From a virus, in IMG/VR virus record IMGVR_UViG_3300035117_000094, positions 1 through 64,000 of that record: a DNA stretch of 64,000 nucleotides; one strand, written 5' to 3'. This document shows positions 17,383-25,542 of this stretch, piece after piece. The first letter of the stretch is position 1. Each line of letters begins with the position of its first letter. The notes under the pieces are model-generated. The model saw nothing but the letters and a program-made list of their open reading frames with translations, was not told where the DNA came from and ran no database searches. The position numbers were made by a program, and so were the translations under genes.

Positions 17383-17607
17383 ATGGCGGTACATGTGGTC
17401 GCTGTCATCAAGGCTTGGCCGTTCAGCTCTGCGGAGGCTCCCGTGGACTGGACGTGCCCTCACCGGCACAAGGACCACGATACGGCGGCTGAGTGCGCGG
17501 GCCAGGAAATGAGGCGGGAATTCGTGCCGCCGTCCGACCGTTACCGCCGCGTGCCCCGCAAGTGGCGTACGATCTACAGCACGACCGAAGAGAGGGGCAC
17601 TGCCTGA
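17383..17607 (+). CDS. Hypothetical protein (WTCPHRH..A.EC)
   Basis: AAGGAGG SD. Confidence 0.65.
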   Translation: MAVHVVAVIKAWPFSSAEAPVDWTCPHRHKDHDTAAECAGQEMRREFVPPSDRYRRVPRKWRTIYSTTEERGTA

Positions 17608-17879
17608 TGAAGAAGGACAGCCCGCGCGTTACCCGGCAGCCGAGGCACGTCAGCTCGAAGCGGATCGCGCGGGAACTGGGCATCCGGCCAGCGGCGGTCA
17701 CCAACTGGATCGCCCGGGGCATCCTGCCCGCTCACCTCCTGCCTGACTGGGTGGACCACGGCGACAGCGTCACGCCCGTGTGGAGGGCGAGCGCGCTGCC
17801 CGCGTTCCGGTCCTGGTACGGCGACCGTCACTCGCCGCTACAGGCGGCCCTCGTCACGCCGGACGCTGAGGCCGCCTGA
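17607..17879 (+). CDS. Helix-turn-helix DNA-binding protein
   Basis: IARELGIRPAAVTNWIARG. Confidence 0.75.
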   Translation: MKKDSPRVTRQPRHVSSKRIARELGIRPAAVTNWIARGILPAHLLPDWVDHGDSVTPVWRASALPAFRSWYGDRHSPLQAALVTPDAEAA

Positions 17880-17881
17880 CC

Positions 17882-18103
17882 ATGGGCCGCCGTTACGTCT
17901 GTCACGGGGCCGGGGTGCCGCGCATATACCCCGGCTCCCTTGACGGCGTGGTGCACGCGCTGCGAGACGCCCAGCAGGCGTCGCGCCAGGAACCCGGCGA
18001 GCATCGCGTGGGAGTGCACGAGCCGGGCAAGGGGATCACCCCGGTCCGGGTTTTCGAGGACGGCCAGTGCACGTGGGCCGCAGGACAGGAGGCACCGGCA
18101 TGA
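17882..18103 (+). CDS. Hypothetical protein
   Basis: Packed ORF. Confidence 0.55.
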   Translation: MGRRYVCHGAGVPRIYPGSLDGVVHALRDAQQASRQEPGEHRVGVHEPGKGITPVRVFEDGQCTWAAGQEAPA

Positions 18104-18678
18104 GCAGTGAGACCGCACCATGGGGGGACCGCGCGCTTTACCTCGCCCCGTACCTGGACGACGAGGACAACTACGGAGACGCCACCAGCGCGAGCGAGAA
18201 GCGCTACCCGGTTCCTGACGCCGCCCTGGCAAACCTGGTCAGCTCGCACGTCGCGGGCAAGCCGGGCACCCACAAGCCCGTGCTGGACCTGGACTTCCCG
18301 TGCCTGACCTGGCCGTGCACTGAAGACGGGCGCACGCTCCTGTTCCTGGACAAGGAGCTGAGCGAGTACGGCTACGGGCGCCTGTACCTCGCGCTCCTGC
18401 ACGCGGGCGTCACCGAGGAAGCCCGTGACCCCGTCGCCGTTCCCCTCGTGTTCCGGCCCTTGCTGGACCTGGGCTTCCCGGTCACGCTGGTCCCGAGCAC
18501 CACCCCGGGGCACTTTCACGCTTACCTGGGCAAGGAGCTTAGCTGGACGGCGTACGCGGAGCTGCTGAGGCAGCTGTGCATAGCCGGCGTCGTCGAAACG
18601 GGCTTCTACGCCATGTCCCTGCGGCGCGGCGCCACCTTCGTCCGGAAGCCGGGAGTGCGCAAGGAGCACTTCACGTGA
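18100..18678 (+). CDS. Protein with internal duplication and AEP-like DxD / HxH motifs
   Basis: AGGAGG SD; KPVLDLDFP..DKEL..AGV repeated as RPLLDLGFP..STTPGHFH..GKEL..AGV. Confidence 0.7.
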   Translation: MSSETAPWGDRALYLAPYLDDEDNYGDATSASEKRYPVPDAALANLVSSHVAGKPGTHKPVLDLDFPCLTWPCTEDGRTLLFLDKELSEYGYGRLYLALLHAGVTEEARDPVAVPLVFRPLLDLGFPVTLVPSTTPGHFHAYLGKELSWTAYAELLRQLCIAGVVETGFYAMSLRRGATFVRKPGVRKEHFT

Positions 18679-18860
18679 GGCGCCCCCGGTACCGCAGGCT
18701 CGGCGAAGCCCCGGGCCACGTAACGCACCGTGAAGTGCGCGACCTGTGGTATCACCTCGCCCGGCTGCGCGAGGCCCGGGGAGACGCCGAAGGCGCCCGG
18801 CGAGCGCGGCGCAGCGCCCTTATCCTCGGTGACCCGCGCCCGTCAGGGGCGAAACGATGA
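18675..18860 (+). CDS. Small basic hypothetical protein
   Basis: AAGGAG SD, GTGA overlap. Confidence 0.5.
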   Translation: MRRPRYRRLGEAPGHVTHREVRDLWYHLARLREARGDAEGARRARRSALILGDPRPSGAKR

Positions 18861-19063
18861 CCGCGATCAAGGCCGTAGCGTGGCTGGCGATGCTCGCTAT
18901 CCTCGGGACGGGTGCATCGCTGGCCGTGATGAGCACGCTGGCCGTGGCAGGCTCCCTGCTCGCCCCGCATCCTCGCGCAGAGCAGTTGCGCGGCTGGCCG
19001 CCTTACAAGACCGCGTCGTGCACGTACCTGCCTCCCTGGTCTGACGTGCCGTACGCCTGCTAG
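18857..19063 (+). CDS. Small membrane protein
   Basis: ATGA overlap; hydrophobic N-terminus. Confidence 0.55.
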   Translation: MTAIKAVAWLAMLAILGTGASLAVMSTLAVAGSLLAPHPRAEQLRGWPPYKTASCTYLPPWSDVPYAC

Positions 19064-19100
19064 CCCGTACCCTCCCCCTTAACGCGGGGGCCGCGTCGCC

Positions 19101-19126
19101 GGAATAACGAGCGACCGGCCCCCGTT
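19101..19126 (+). promoter_or_regulatory. ECF-type promoter GGAAT-N18-GTT
   Basis: Exact match upstream of ku. Confidence 0.85.
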
Positions 19127-19181
19127 CCATTTACCAGTACCCGCTCGACCTCCGGAAACACCGTCTCGAAGGGACACTCAC

Positions 19182-20006
19182 ATGGCACGGAACATCTGGA
19201 ACGGATCGATCTCTGCTCGCATGCTCTCCATCCCCGTCACGCTGGCCAGCGCCGTCAGCGAGGGCGGCCTCGAACTGCACCAGTACGCCCCGGACGGCGG
19301 CCGGGTCAAGTACCGCCGCGTCTCCGAGGCGTCCGGGCAGGAGGTTCCCTACGGCGAGATCCGCATGGGCTACGCGGCGCCGGACGGCACCGTGGCGTAC
19401 CTCACCGACGACGACTTCGCGGAGGCGTACGGCGAGGTCAGCCGGAACGCGCAGATCCTGATGTTCACGGACCCGGCGCGCGTTCCGGACATGGCCCGGT
19501 GCCGGCCGTTCATCATCGCCCCCGCGAAGGAGAAGGGCCGCAAGGCCAAGGAGTGGGACCGGGGCAGCGAGCGCGCGTACGCCCTGCTGGCCGCCGCCCT
19601 GAAGTCCACGGGCAAGGTCGCGATCGTCGTGTTCGGGCTGCGGCAGCGCAAGCGCCTCGCCGTGATCTCCGAGCAGGACGGCTACCTGGTCCTGGAGCAG
19701 CTTGAGTGGCACGAGGACCTGGCGGCCCCCGACTTCGCCGCCCCGTCCGTCGCCCTGAGCAACGCCGAGCTGACGGCGGCCGGGGACCTGGTCGCGGACA
19801 TGAGCGCGGACTTCTGCCACTCCGACTACGCGGACGACTCGCGCGCCCGGGTCGAGGCCATGATCGAGGCCCGGCTCGCGCCCGCCCCGGCCGTAGCGGA
19901 GGCTGCCGCCGTCGCAGCGGACGAGGGCGTGACGGCGTTCGGGGACCTGCTGGCCTCGATCAACGCCTCGCTCGCGTCAGGCCGGACCGCGAAGGCCAGC
20001 GCGTGA
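19182..20006 (+). CDS. ku: Ku-like DNA end-binding protein
   Basis: MARNIWNGSIS..IPVTL..LHQ..GRVKYRRV and AYALLAAAL..TGKVAI are hallmark prokaryotic Ku segments. Confidence 0.92.
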   Translation: MARNIWNGSISARMLSIPVTLASAVSEGGLELHQYAPDGGRVKYRRVSEASGQEVPYGEIRMGYAAPDGTVAYLTDDDFAEAYGEVSRNAQILMFTDPARVPDMARCRPFIIAPAKEKGRKAKEWDRGSERAYALLAAALKSTGKVAIVVFGLRQRKRLAVISEQDGYLVLEQLEWHEDLAAPDFAAPSVALSNAELTAAGDLVADMSADFCHSDYADDSRARVEAMIEARLAPAPAVAEAAAVAADEGVTAFGDLLASINASLASGRTAKASA

Positions 20007-20443
20007 GCGCGCAAGTGACCATGCGCGTGACCGCCGGGGAGCACGAGCGGTTCGCGCCCGGCTCCTGGGACTCCCAGGTGGGCAAGACCGTGCCGTTCAA
20101 GGTCGGCGAGCGCAGCACGGAGGCTACGGTAATCGCGGTCAGGGTGGCCGATGACGGCAATTCCGTCGCTATTACCGTGGAGCTTCCGGACGCCGGGGTC
20201 TCCGCCACGGGCCGCGCACCGCGCCAGCCGAACGCGCAGTCGTTCAGCGCGAGCCTGGAGCGCGCGGTGCGCGGGGACAGCCTTAGAGCCGCGCTCTCCT
20301 CCGCCCCTGCCCTGACGCCGCACGCGGCACTCCGGAAGCTGGAGGCCCTGCTGGCGAGCACGGACGCGCCGAAGGCGAAGATAGACGAGGCCGAGTCGTA
20401 CTTCAGGGTGCTCTGGAAGCGCGTCATGCTCGGGCCATCATAA
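20003..20443 (+). CDS. Hypothetical protein
   Basis: GTGA overlap. Confidence 0.6.
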   Translation: MSAQVTMRVTAGEHERFAPGSWDSQVGKTVPFKVGERSTEATVIAVRVADDGNSVAITVELPDAGVSATGRAPRQPNAQSFSASLERAVRGDSLRAALSSAPALTPHAALRKLEALLASTDAPKAKIDEAESYFRVLWKRVMLGPS

Positions 20444-20557
20444 CCCGCGCGGGTTAAAGCGGCGGCCGGGGAACTTCCTGGCCGCCGCTGCTCGTTCATC
20501 ACCGGTAACGCCGGGTATGCTTCGTAAGATCAGACACCTACTGAGCGGAGCAGGCCA

Positions 20558-20896
20558 GTGAAGCACTTCACAGTCTCCTACCTTAACGGTACGAGCATCC
20601 TTCAGGACGAGTTCGACGCGGACCACTACTCGGTCTCGCAGTCAGGCACCGCGCACTTCTACCGGCAGCCTGAGATGGTGCCGAACGCGGCCCGTGGTGC
20701 CCAGCCAGCGCCGAAAGACGAGCTGATCGGCTCGGTGGCGGTCCCGGTGCTCATCCGGGAAGACGGGCAGTCCGGGAGCACGGAGCTTACGGGCGCCGGG
20801 ATGGATGACGCGGTAGCCGACCTCGTCGGCGAGCTGCTCGACCTCGAAGCAGTCGGCGATGACGAGAGGTTCCGCATCACGGTCACGCGGGTATAG
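20558..20896 (+). CDS. Hypothetical protein
   Basis: Intergenic ORF with SD. Confidence 0.65.
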   Translation: MKHFTVSYLNGTSILQDEFDADHYSVSQSGTAHFYRQPEMVPNAARGAQPAPKDELIGSVAVPVLIREDGQSGSTELTGAGMDDAVADLVGELLDLEAVGDDERFRITVTRV

Positions 20897-20904
20897 TGAC
20901 CGGT

Positions 20905-20978
20905 GGCGGGGTGGAGCAGCTAGGCAGCTCGGCGGACTCATAATCCGCAGGTCGCCGGTTCAAATCCGGCCCCCGCTA
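20905..20978 (+). tRNA. tRNA-Met(CAT), initiator-like body
   Basis: Full cloverleaf GGCGGGG/CCCCGCT, GAGC/GCTC, GCGGA-CTCATAA-TCCGC, GCCGG-TTCAAAT-CCGGC; no encoded CCA. Confidence 0.92.
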
Positions 20979-20981
20979 CAA

Positions 20982-21035
20982 GCTGAAGGCCCTTTTTGCC
21001 CCCGTCCGGACACGGGAGTGAACTGGGCCTTCAGC
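20982..21035 (+). terminator. Hairpin downstream of tRNA
   Basis: GCTGAAGGCCC...GGGCCTTCAGC 11-bp inverted repeat. Confidence 0.5.
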
Positions 21036-21122
21036 GTTCACGGCGCCCTTCATACCTGACGCGCACGTCATAGTCCATGACCATCCGGGGCCATTGCGGT
21101 CGCGAAGTTCCCGCCGCAGCCT

Positions 21123-21148
21123 GGAATAACCGTCCCTCACGGGGCGCT
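21123..21148 (+). promoter_or_regulatory. ECF-type promoter variant GGAAT-N18-GCT
   Basis: Same spacing as the GTT copies. Confidence 0.65.
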
Positions 21149-21223
21149 GTAAGGCCCGAAGTACCGCGATACCCCCTGCGGCTGGCGCTAAGGCCCGGCC
21201 CGAGAGCAGAAGAGGTACTGATC

Positions 21224-22342
21224 ATGACTCCAGCCGTTAAGCGCCTCAGCGCGCTAGTGCAGCAGCTCACAGCGAGAACTACGGCCCGCGCCCGCCTCGC
21301 GGCGCTCATCGCCTCCGTGGCCGCCGTCGCCGGCCTGACCCTGGCGCTCACCACCCCCTCATCGTCCTCCCTGCCCGAGAGCGCCTTCAGCGCGCAGGTC
21401 ACCCGCGTTCACGTCCCGGCGGCCCCCCTCACCAGCGGTGCCCTGAGCCTCCGCGCCGCTAAGGCCGCGCACGCGGCCGGGTACGCCTCCTCCGTCGCCC
21501 GCAAGGCCGCTCACGCCGCTCACGTGGCTCACGTAGCCCGCCTGCGCGCCCGGAGCGCCCTCAGCCCCGCAGCGGCCCTCTCAGCCCCGTCCGGCCCTAC
21601 TTCAGGGAGCGTGCCCTCGGGCGGCTCTGGCGGCCTCAGCGGAACCCTCAGCTGCACGGGCCTCGCCCGGCTCTGGCTCGCGGCAGGCGGCAGCGCCGCG
21701 CACGTCCTGGTGGCCGCCGAGGTGGCCATGGCCGAGTCTGGCGGTAACCAGTACGCGCACAGCCCGACGAACGACTTCGGCTACTGGCAGATCAACGGCT
21801 CCCACGGCGCGATGGCCAGCTACGACCCCATGACGAACGCCCGCGCCGCGATCTCGGTCTCCGGTGACGGCTCGAACTGGTCGCCGTGGACCACCTACAC
21901 CAGCGGGGCGTACGCCGGGAAGTGCCCGGCGGCCAGCGTCAGCGCGGCAAGCCGGATCGGCGTCCCTGCCCCGGTTGCCAGCGCGCCCGGTAGCTCGCTG
22001 GAAGTGCGGGCGATGCGGCTGGCCGAGTCCAAGATCGGCGACCCCTACGTCTACGGCGCTGAAGGCCCGGACAAGTTCGACTGCTCGGGCCTGGTGACCT
22101 GGGCCTACCACCAGCTCGGGGCTACCCGGGTCGGCCGCACGACAGGCGACCTGTGGAACGAGGGGCCGCACGTCTCGCGCGCCAGCCTCCAGCCGGGTGA
22201 CCTGCTGTTCTTCGACAGCATAGGCCACGTCGGCATCTACACCGGAAACGGCCAGATGGTGGTAGCCCCGCACACGGGCGACTACGTCAAGATCCAGGCC
22301 GTTTACTGGGCGGGCTACGACGGCGCCGTCCGGATCGCCTGA
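21224..22342 (+). CDS. Secreted lytic transglycosylase + NlpC/P60 peptidase
   Basis: N-terminal hydrophobic segment; AMAESGG..GYWQIN..WSPW (SLT-like); PYVYGA..FDCSGL..HVGIY (NlpC/P60). Confidence 0.9.
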   Translation: MTPAVKRLSALVQQLTARTTARARLAALIASVAAVAGLTLALTTPSSSSLPESAFSAQVTRVHVPAAPLTSGALSLRAAKAAHAAGYASSVARKAAHAAHVAHVARLRARSALSPAAALSAPSGPTSGSVPSGGSGGLSGTLSCTGLARLWLAAGGSAAHVLVAAEVAMAESGGNQYAHSPTNDFGYWQINGSHGAMASYDPMTNARAAISVSGDGSNWSPWTTYTSGAYAGKCPAASVSAASRIGVPAPVASAPGSSLEVRAMRLAESKIGDPYVYGAEGPDKFDCSGLVTWAYHQLGATRVGRTTGDLWNEGPHVSRASLQPGDLLFFDSIGHVGIYTGNGQMVVAPHTGDYVKIQAVYWAGYDGAVRIA

Positions 22343-22566
22343 TGGCCGGCCTCTGGAAGCGCCTGAAGGAGTCGGTCATCCAGCACCAGCCAGACCCTCC
22401 GCGCCGCACTGACACGAGCGGCAGGACCGTCACCCCGCAGGTGTGCGGCTCGTGCGATGGCCGGAAGAACCTGGTCGTCCGCATCAGCGGCCGGCAGGAA
22501 GTCGTGGTCTGCCCGGCGTGCAACGGCACGGGCGAAGTACCGGTCGAGGAGGGTGAGCATGGCTAG
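22342..22566 (+). CDS. DnaJ-type zinc-finger small protein
   Basis: CGSCDG..CPACNGTG. Confidence 0.7.
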   Translation: MAGLWKRLKESVIQHQPDPPRRTDTSGRTVTPQVCGSCDGRKNLVVRISGRQEVVVCPACNGTGEVPVEEGEHG

Positions 22567-22849
22567 GAAGAGGAGCGGGGACGCGACGCCCCCGCCTAAG
22601 CGGGACAGGCGCCAGGAGCAGAAGGACCGCCGCGCGGCAGCGGCAGCGGACCGGTCAGGGCGCCGGTCCGGCGATACGGGCTGGCGCGGGGACAAGCGGT
22701 CCCCGGAGGGCCGCCGGGCGGAGGACGACGCCAAGGCCCAGCGCGGCTACTCCAGGTCGGAGGACCCGGACCTGCAAAGCCCTCCCGGCGGCACGCAGCG
22801 CGAGGTCTGGGTGAAGGATCCCGAGCCGGAGCCAGAAGAAGAGAAATAG
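22559..22849 (+). CDS. Charged hypothetical protein
   Basis: GAGGAGG SD. Confidence 0.55.
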   Translation: MARKRSGDATPPPKRDRRQEQKDRRAAAAADRSGRRSGDTGWRGDKRSPEGRRAEDDAKAQRGYSRSEDPDLQSPPGGTQREVWVKDPEPEPEEEK

Positions 22850-22861
22850 CAGGGACGGCTG

Positions 22862-22896
22862 AGGCCCGGAACCGCGTCACTGGGTTCCGGGCCTTA
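22862..22896. terminator. GC-rich hairpin, probable terminator
   Basis: GAGGCCCGGAACC/GGTTCCGGGCCTT near the +/- block junction. Confidence 0.6.
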
Positions 22897-22932
22897 CTCG
22901 CGTGTAAAATCAAGGGGAGGAAAGGGGGCACG

Positions 22933-23010
22933 ATGCTGCCCGGATGGCTGCTGATCCTGATCGCGGTGCTCGTCATCCTGCTCATTATCTACCTGATCCG
23001 GCGTCTCTGA
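22933..23010 (+). CDS. 25-aa single-TM peptide
   Basis: TAAAAT -10, purine SD, MLPGWLLILIAVLVILLIIYLIRRL. Confidence 0.55.
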   Translation: MLPGWLLILIAVLVILLIIYLIRRL

Positions 23011-23033
23011 CCCGGGCAGCGCTGAGGGCCGCG

Positions 23034-23429
23034 TCACCAGATGTCGCGGCCCTCAGCGCTTTCGCGGGCAGCCTCCCCGCCGCTCAGGCTCAGCCCGGTC
23101 CGCTCCCCGATTATCCGCCGTGCGCGGTCTATGCTGCCCATCCCGCGAATCTCGTTGCAGTAAACGAGCTTGCCGCCGCTCCTGGCCGCCGCAGCCGAGC
23201 ACTCCGGGCAGGCAGCCGGATAACCGTGCACGGCGCGCAGGTTGGCCATGTCGAGCGCCCGGGCGGGATTCTCCGTGACCGGCACCAGGTGATCAGCGGA
23301 CTTAGCCCCGAAATGAAGGCAGATGTGGCACTTCCCCGCGTCCCGCCTGACAGCCTCCTGCACCATGCGCTTCCACGAGCCGCTGCCCTCAGCCCCGTGG
23401 CGCTTAGGGCGCCGCCTAGACGGACTCAT
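23034..23429 (-). CDS. HNH endonuclease
   Basis: CHIC..ADH..P..NL..H..CN, with an extra CPEC insertion. Confidence 0.8.
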   Translation of the reverse strand: MSPSRRRPKRHGAEGSGSWKRMVQEAVRRDAGKCHICLHFGAKSADHLVPVTENPARALDMANLRAVHGYPAACPECSAAAARSGGKLVYCNEIRGMGSIDRARRIIGERTGLSLSGGEAARESAEGRDIW

Positions 23430-23694
23430 CCACCCAGAAGCCCGCCGCCCGCGCCTTGCGCAGCTCCTCGGCGTACTTGGCCTCCACGGCTGCGGTGCTC
23501 AGCCCGAGGTTCCCGGCCGCGTTCGCCCGCAAGACCGCGCCGAGCATCTTGCCCGTGTAGGCGAGGATGTTGGCCTTGTGGCCGTTGTCCACGGACGTGT
23601 AGGTCGCTAGCCGCTCGCGAACGTAGTCGAGTGCCGCGCCGGCTAGCATGCGGGCGTCGGCCGCCTTGTCCTGGACGGGAACGTTCTCGGTCAT
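23416..23694 (-). CDS. Hypothetical protein
   Basis: GGAGGAG SD. Confidence 0.65.
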   Translation of the reverse strand: MTENVPVQDKAADARMLAGAALDYVRERLATYTSVDNGHKANILAYTGKMLGAVLRANAAGNLGLSTAAVEAKYAEELRKARAAGFWVDESV

Positions 23695-23873
23695 TTCAGG
23701 CTCCTCCGGGGTTTTCAGGGCTGAGGGGGGATTCCGGACTGGGGTCACGAAGGGCGTTTTCCGTGTCCCCGGGGGCGTTTTCCTGGCGCGACCGCAGGCC
23801 GAGGGCCTCCATGACCGGGAACGCGTACCAGGCCCAGAGGAACACGGCGAAGTTGCGCAGGTCGCGCAGGACC

Positions 23874-24161
23874 CTACGCACCCGCGTTCTCCGCTATCAC
23901 CCGGGCCAGCTTGGCGGTGTCCTCCGGGCTGGTAACCGCGCACCAGCACAGGTCTACCTCGTCGCCGAACTCGGCGAGCCAGTCAGCGAGGGTCCGCGTG
24001 CCCTCCAGTAGCTGCCGGGCCTCTACCAGGGCACCGCAGCGGCTGACGAACTTGCGGGCGTCGCCGGGGAGCGCCACGGCAAGGTCCGTTACCTCTTCCC
24101 GGCGCGCATGCCACCAGTGGTGGCCGTCCCGGTCGGCCTGGGTGTCGAGTACGTAGTTCAC
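23874..24161 (-). CDS. Hypothetical protein
   Basis: GTGA overlap. Confidence 0.6.
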   Translation of the reverse strand: MNYVLDTQADRDGHHWWHARREEVTDLAVALPGDARKFVSRCGALVEARQLLEGTRTLADWLAEFGDEVDLCWCAVTSPEDTAKLARVIAENAGA

Positions 24162-24361
24162 CCGCCGAACACCTTCACGTCCTGGTCGTTCTCGTCGCCA
24201 TTACCGTCCGGGCCTGTGTACACGACGCGCTCGCCGGGCACGAGGGACTGCCTAACCGCGTTACGGGCGGCGGGCAGGGTGTCGCGAGTGGTCGTCACAG
24301 TCTCGGTGCGGCGGCTCCCGTCGTCGTTGCGCCCGGTGATGAAAGCAGCGAACTTTCCCAT
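24158..24361 (-). CDS. Hypothetical protein
   Basis: AAGGAG SD. Confidence 0.65.
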   Translation of the reverse strand: MGKFAAFITGRNDDGSRRTETVTTTRDTLPAARNAVRQSLVPGERVVYTGPDGNGDENDQDVKVFGG

Positions 24362-24579
24362 GATTCTCTCCTTCTCGGTGACGTCAGGCTCAGGCAGTAA
24401 TCGATGTCCGTAACCTCGTGCAGGATAGCACGCTTCTCGGCTTCGGCAAGGAAAGCCGCCTGCTGGTCCATGACCCGTGACAGGTGCTCGCGCTCGTGCT
24501 CCAGCATGACGCGGTTCCAGCGCCGGAACTCGCCTAGCCGGCAGCGCTCATGCGACAGGTCGTCGTCCACGGCGCCAGC

Positions 24580-24885
24580 TTACCGCCTCTTCGGCTCCAG
24601 GACGCCCTCCAGGGCGAAGCCGTCGTCGATATGGCCGTTCTCCCTCAGGACGCGCAAGGCGAGGCTCAGGCCCCCTCGCAGCGCCGTGATGGCCTCCTCC
24701 TGTGACTTCACCGTGTCACGCAGGTACGCGACGATGCGCGGCATGTCGTCCCTGACCTCCAGGAGGCCGGCCGTCTCGCGCAGGTGCTTAGCCTCACGAG
24801 TCAGCCTCTCAGCTTCCCGCTCGGCTGTGTCAGCCCGGTCCCGGAGGCTGAAGGCGCCGGCCTTCTCGATTTCCTCGTCTGACAT
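24580..24885 (-). CDS. Hypothetical coiled-coil protein
   Basis: MSDEEIEK start downstream of the tRNA cluster. Confidence 0.6.
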   Translation of the reverse strand: MSDEEIEKAGAFSLRDRADTAEREAERLTREAKHLRETAGLLEVRDDMPRIVAYLRDTVKSQEEAITALRGGLSLALRVLRENGHIDDGFALEGVLEPKRR

Positions 24886-24901
24886 CGCTCTTATGTCCAC
24901 G

Positions 24902-24985
24902 AGCCGGCCCCGGGATTCGAACCCGGATCTCCCGTTCAAGGGGCTGTTCCTGCCCCGGGTGTCCTGCCAGTTAGACGAGGACGGC
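24902..24985 (-). ncRNA. tRNA-like RNA with an extra hairpin in the anticodon arm
   Basis: Acceptor GCCGTCC/GGCCGGC, D arm and T arm CCGGG-TTCGAAT-CCCGG present; anticodon arm 29 nt instead of 17. Confidence 0.7.
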
Positions 24986-24986
24986 G

Positions 24987-25059
24987 CTCCGTGCCCTGGA
25001 TTCGAACCAGGAACCAGCGCCTTAACAGGGCGCCGCTCTGCCGGTTGAGCTAACACGGA
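24987..25059 (-). tRNA. tRNA-Asn(GTT)
   Basis: Cloverleaf; GCGCC-CTGTTAA-GGCGC; G73. Confidence 0.95.
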
Positions 25060-25086
25060 CTGACAGGACGCCCGGCTGGCCTCCCG

Positions 25087-25160
25087 CTCCCGCCCGTGGA
25101 TTCGAACCACGAACCTCCGGCACCAGAGGCCGGCGCTCTGCCTAGTTGCGCTAGACGGGA
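25087..25160 (-). tRNA. tRNA-Gln(CTG)
   Basis: Cloverleaf; U1-A72; CCGGC-CTCTGGT-GCCGG. Confidence 0.92.
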
Positions 25161-25244
25161 CCGTGGCGAGTTGCGTACCGCCCCGGCGATTACGCCGACG
25201 TTCCCGCCCCACGGTTCAGGGGGCTGGGAAAGCTCGAAGGGATG

Positions 25245-25496
25245 TTACAGGCCGTGCGACGCCAGCGCGGCGACGGCGGCCTCGATCAGCTTGCCCGCCA
25301 GGGCCTTGGCCTCGGCTGCCAGCGCCGGGTTCTCGGCCTCGGCAGCCGCCTTGGCGTCCGACAGGGCAGTCTTAACGTCCGTCGCGAGGACGCCCTTCTC
25401 CGCGTCGAACGCGGCCTTGGCCTCCGCGATGGCCTCGTCCACGCGCTCCTTGATGGGGTGGAGCACCTTCTCGATCTCCGCGATGACACTCGCCAT
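25245..25496 (-). CDS. Ala-rich hypothetical protein
   Basis: GGAGG SD. Confidence 0.7.
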   Translation of the reverse strand: MASVIAEIEKVLHPIKERVDEAIAEAKAAFDAEKGVLATDVKTALSDAKAAAEAENPALAAEAKALAGKLIEAAVAALASHGL

Positions 25497-25542
25497 GAAT
25501 TCCTCCGGTCAGTAGGCTGGTTCCGTCGTCCAGGGCTTCAGC

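Noticed and set aside
17279-17512. 77-aa membrane ORF
   Set aside because: Overlaps the better-supported 17383-17607 gene by 130 bp; left uncalled although its N-terminus could be real
20470-20496. Additional ECF promoter
   Set aside because: GGAAC-N19-GTT spacing is off consensus
21050-21223. c-di-AMP (ydaO) riboswitch ahead of the wall hydrolase
   Set aside because: The conserved ydaO segments are not present
24580-25212. 210-aa ORF spanning the tRNA cluster
   Set aside because: The upstream part is tRNA sequence; the likely start is 24885
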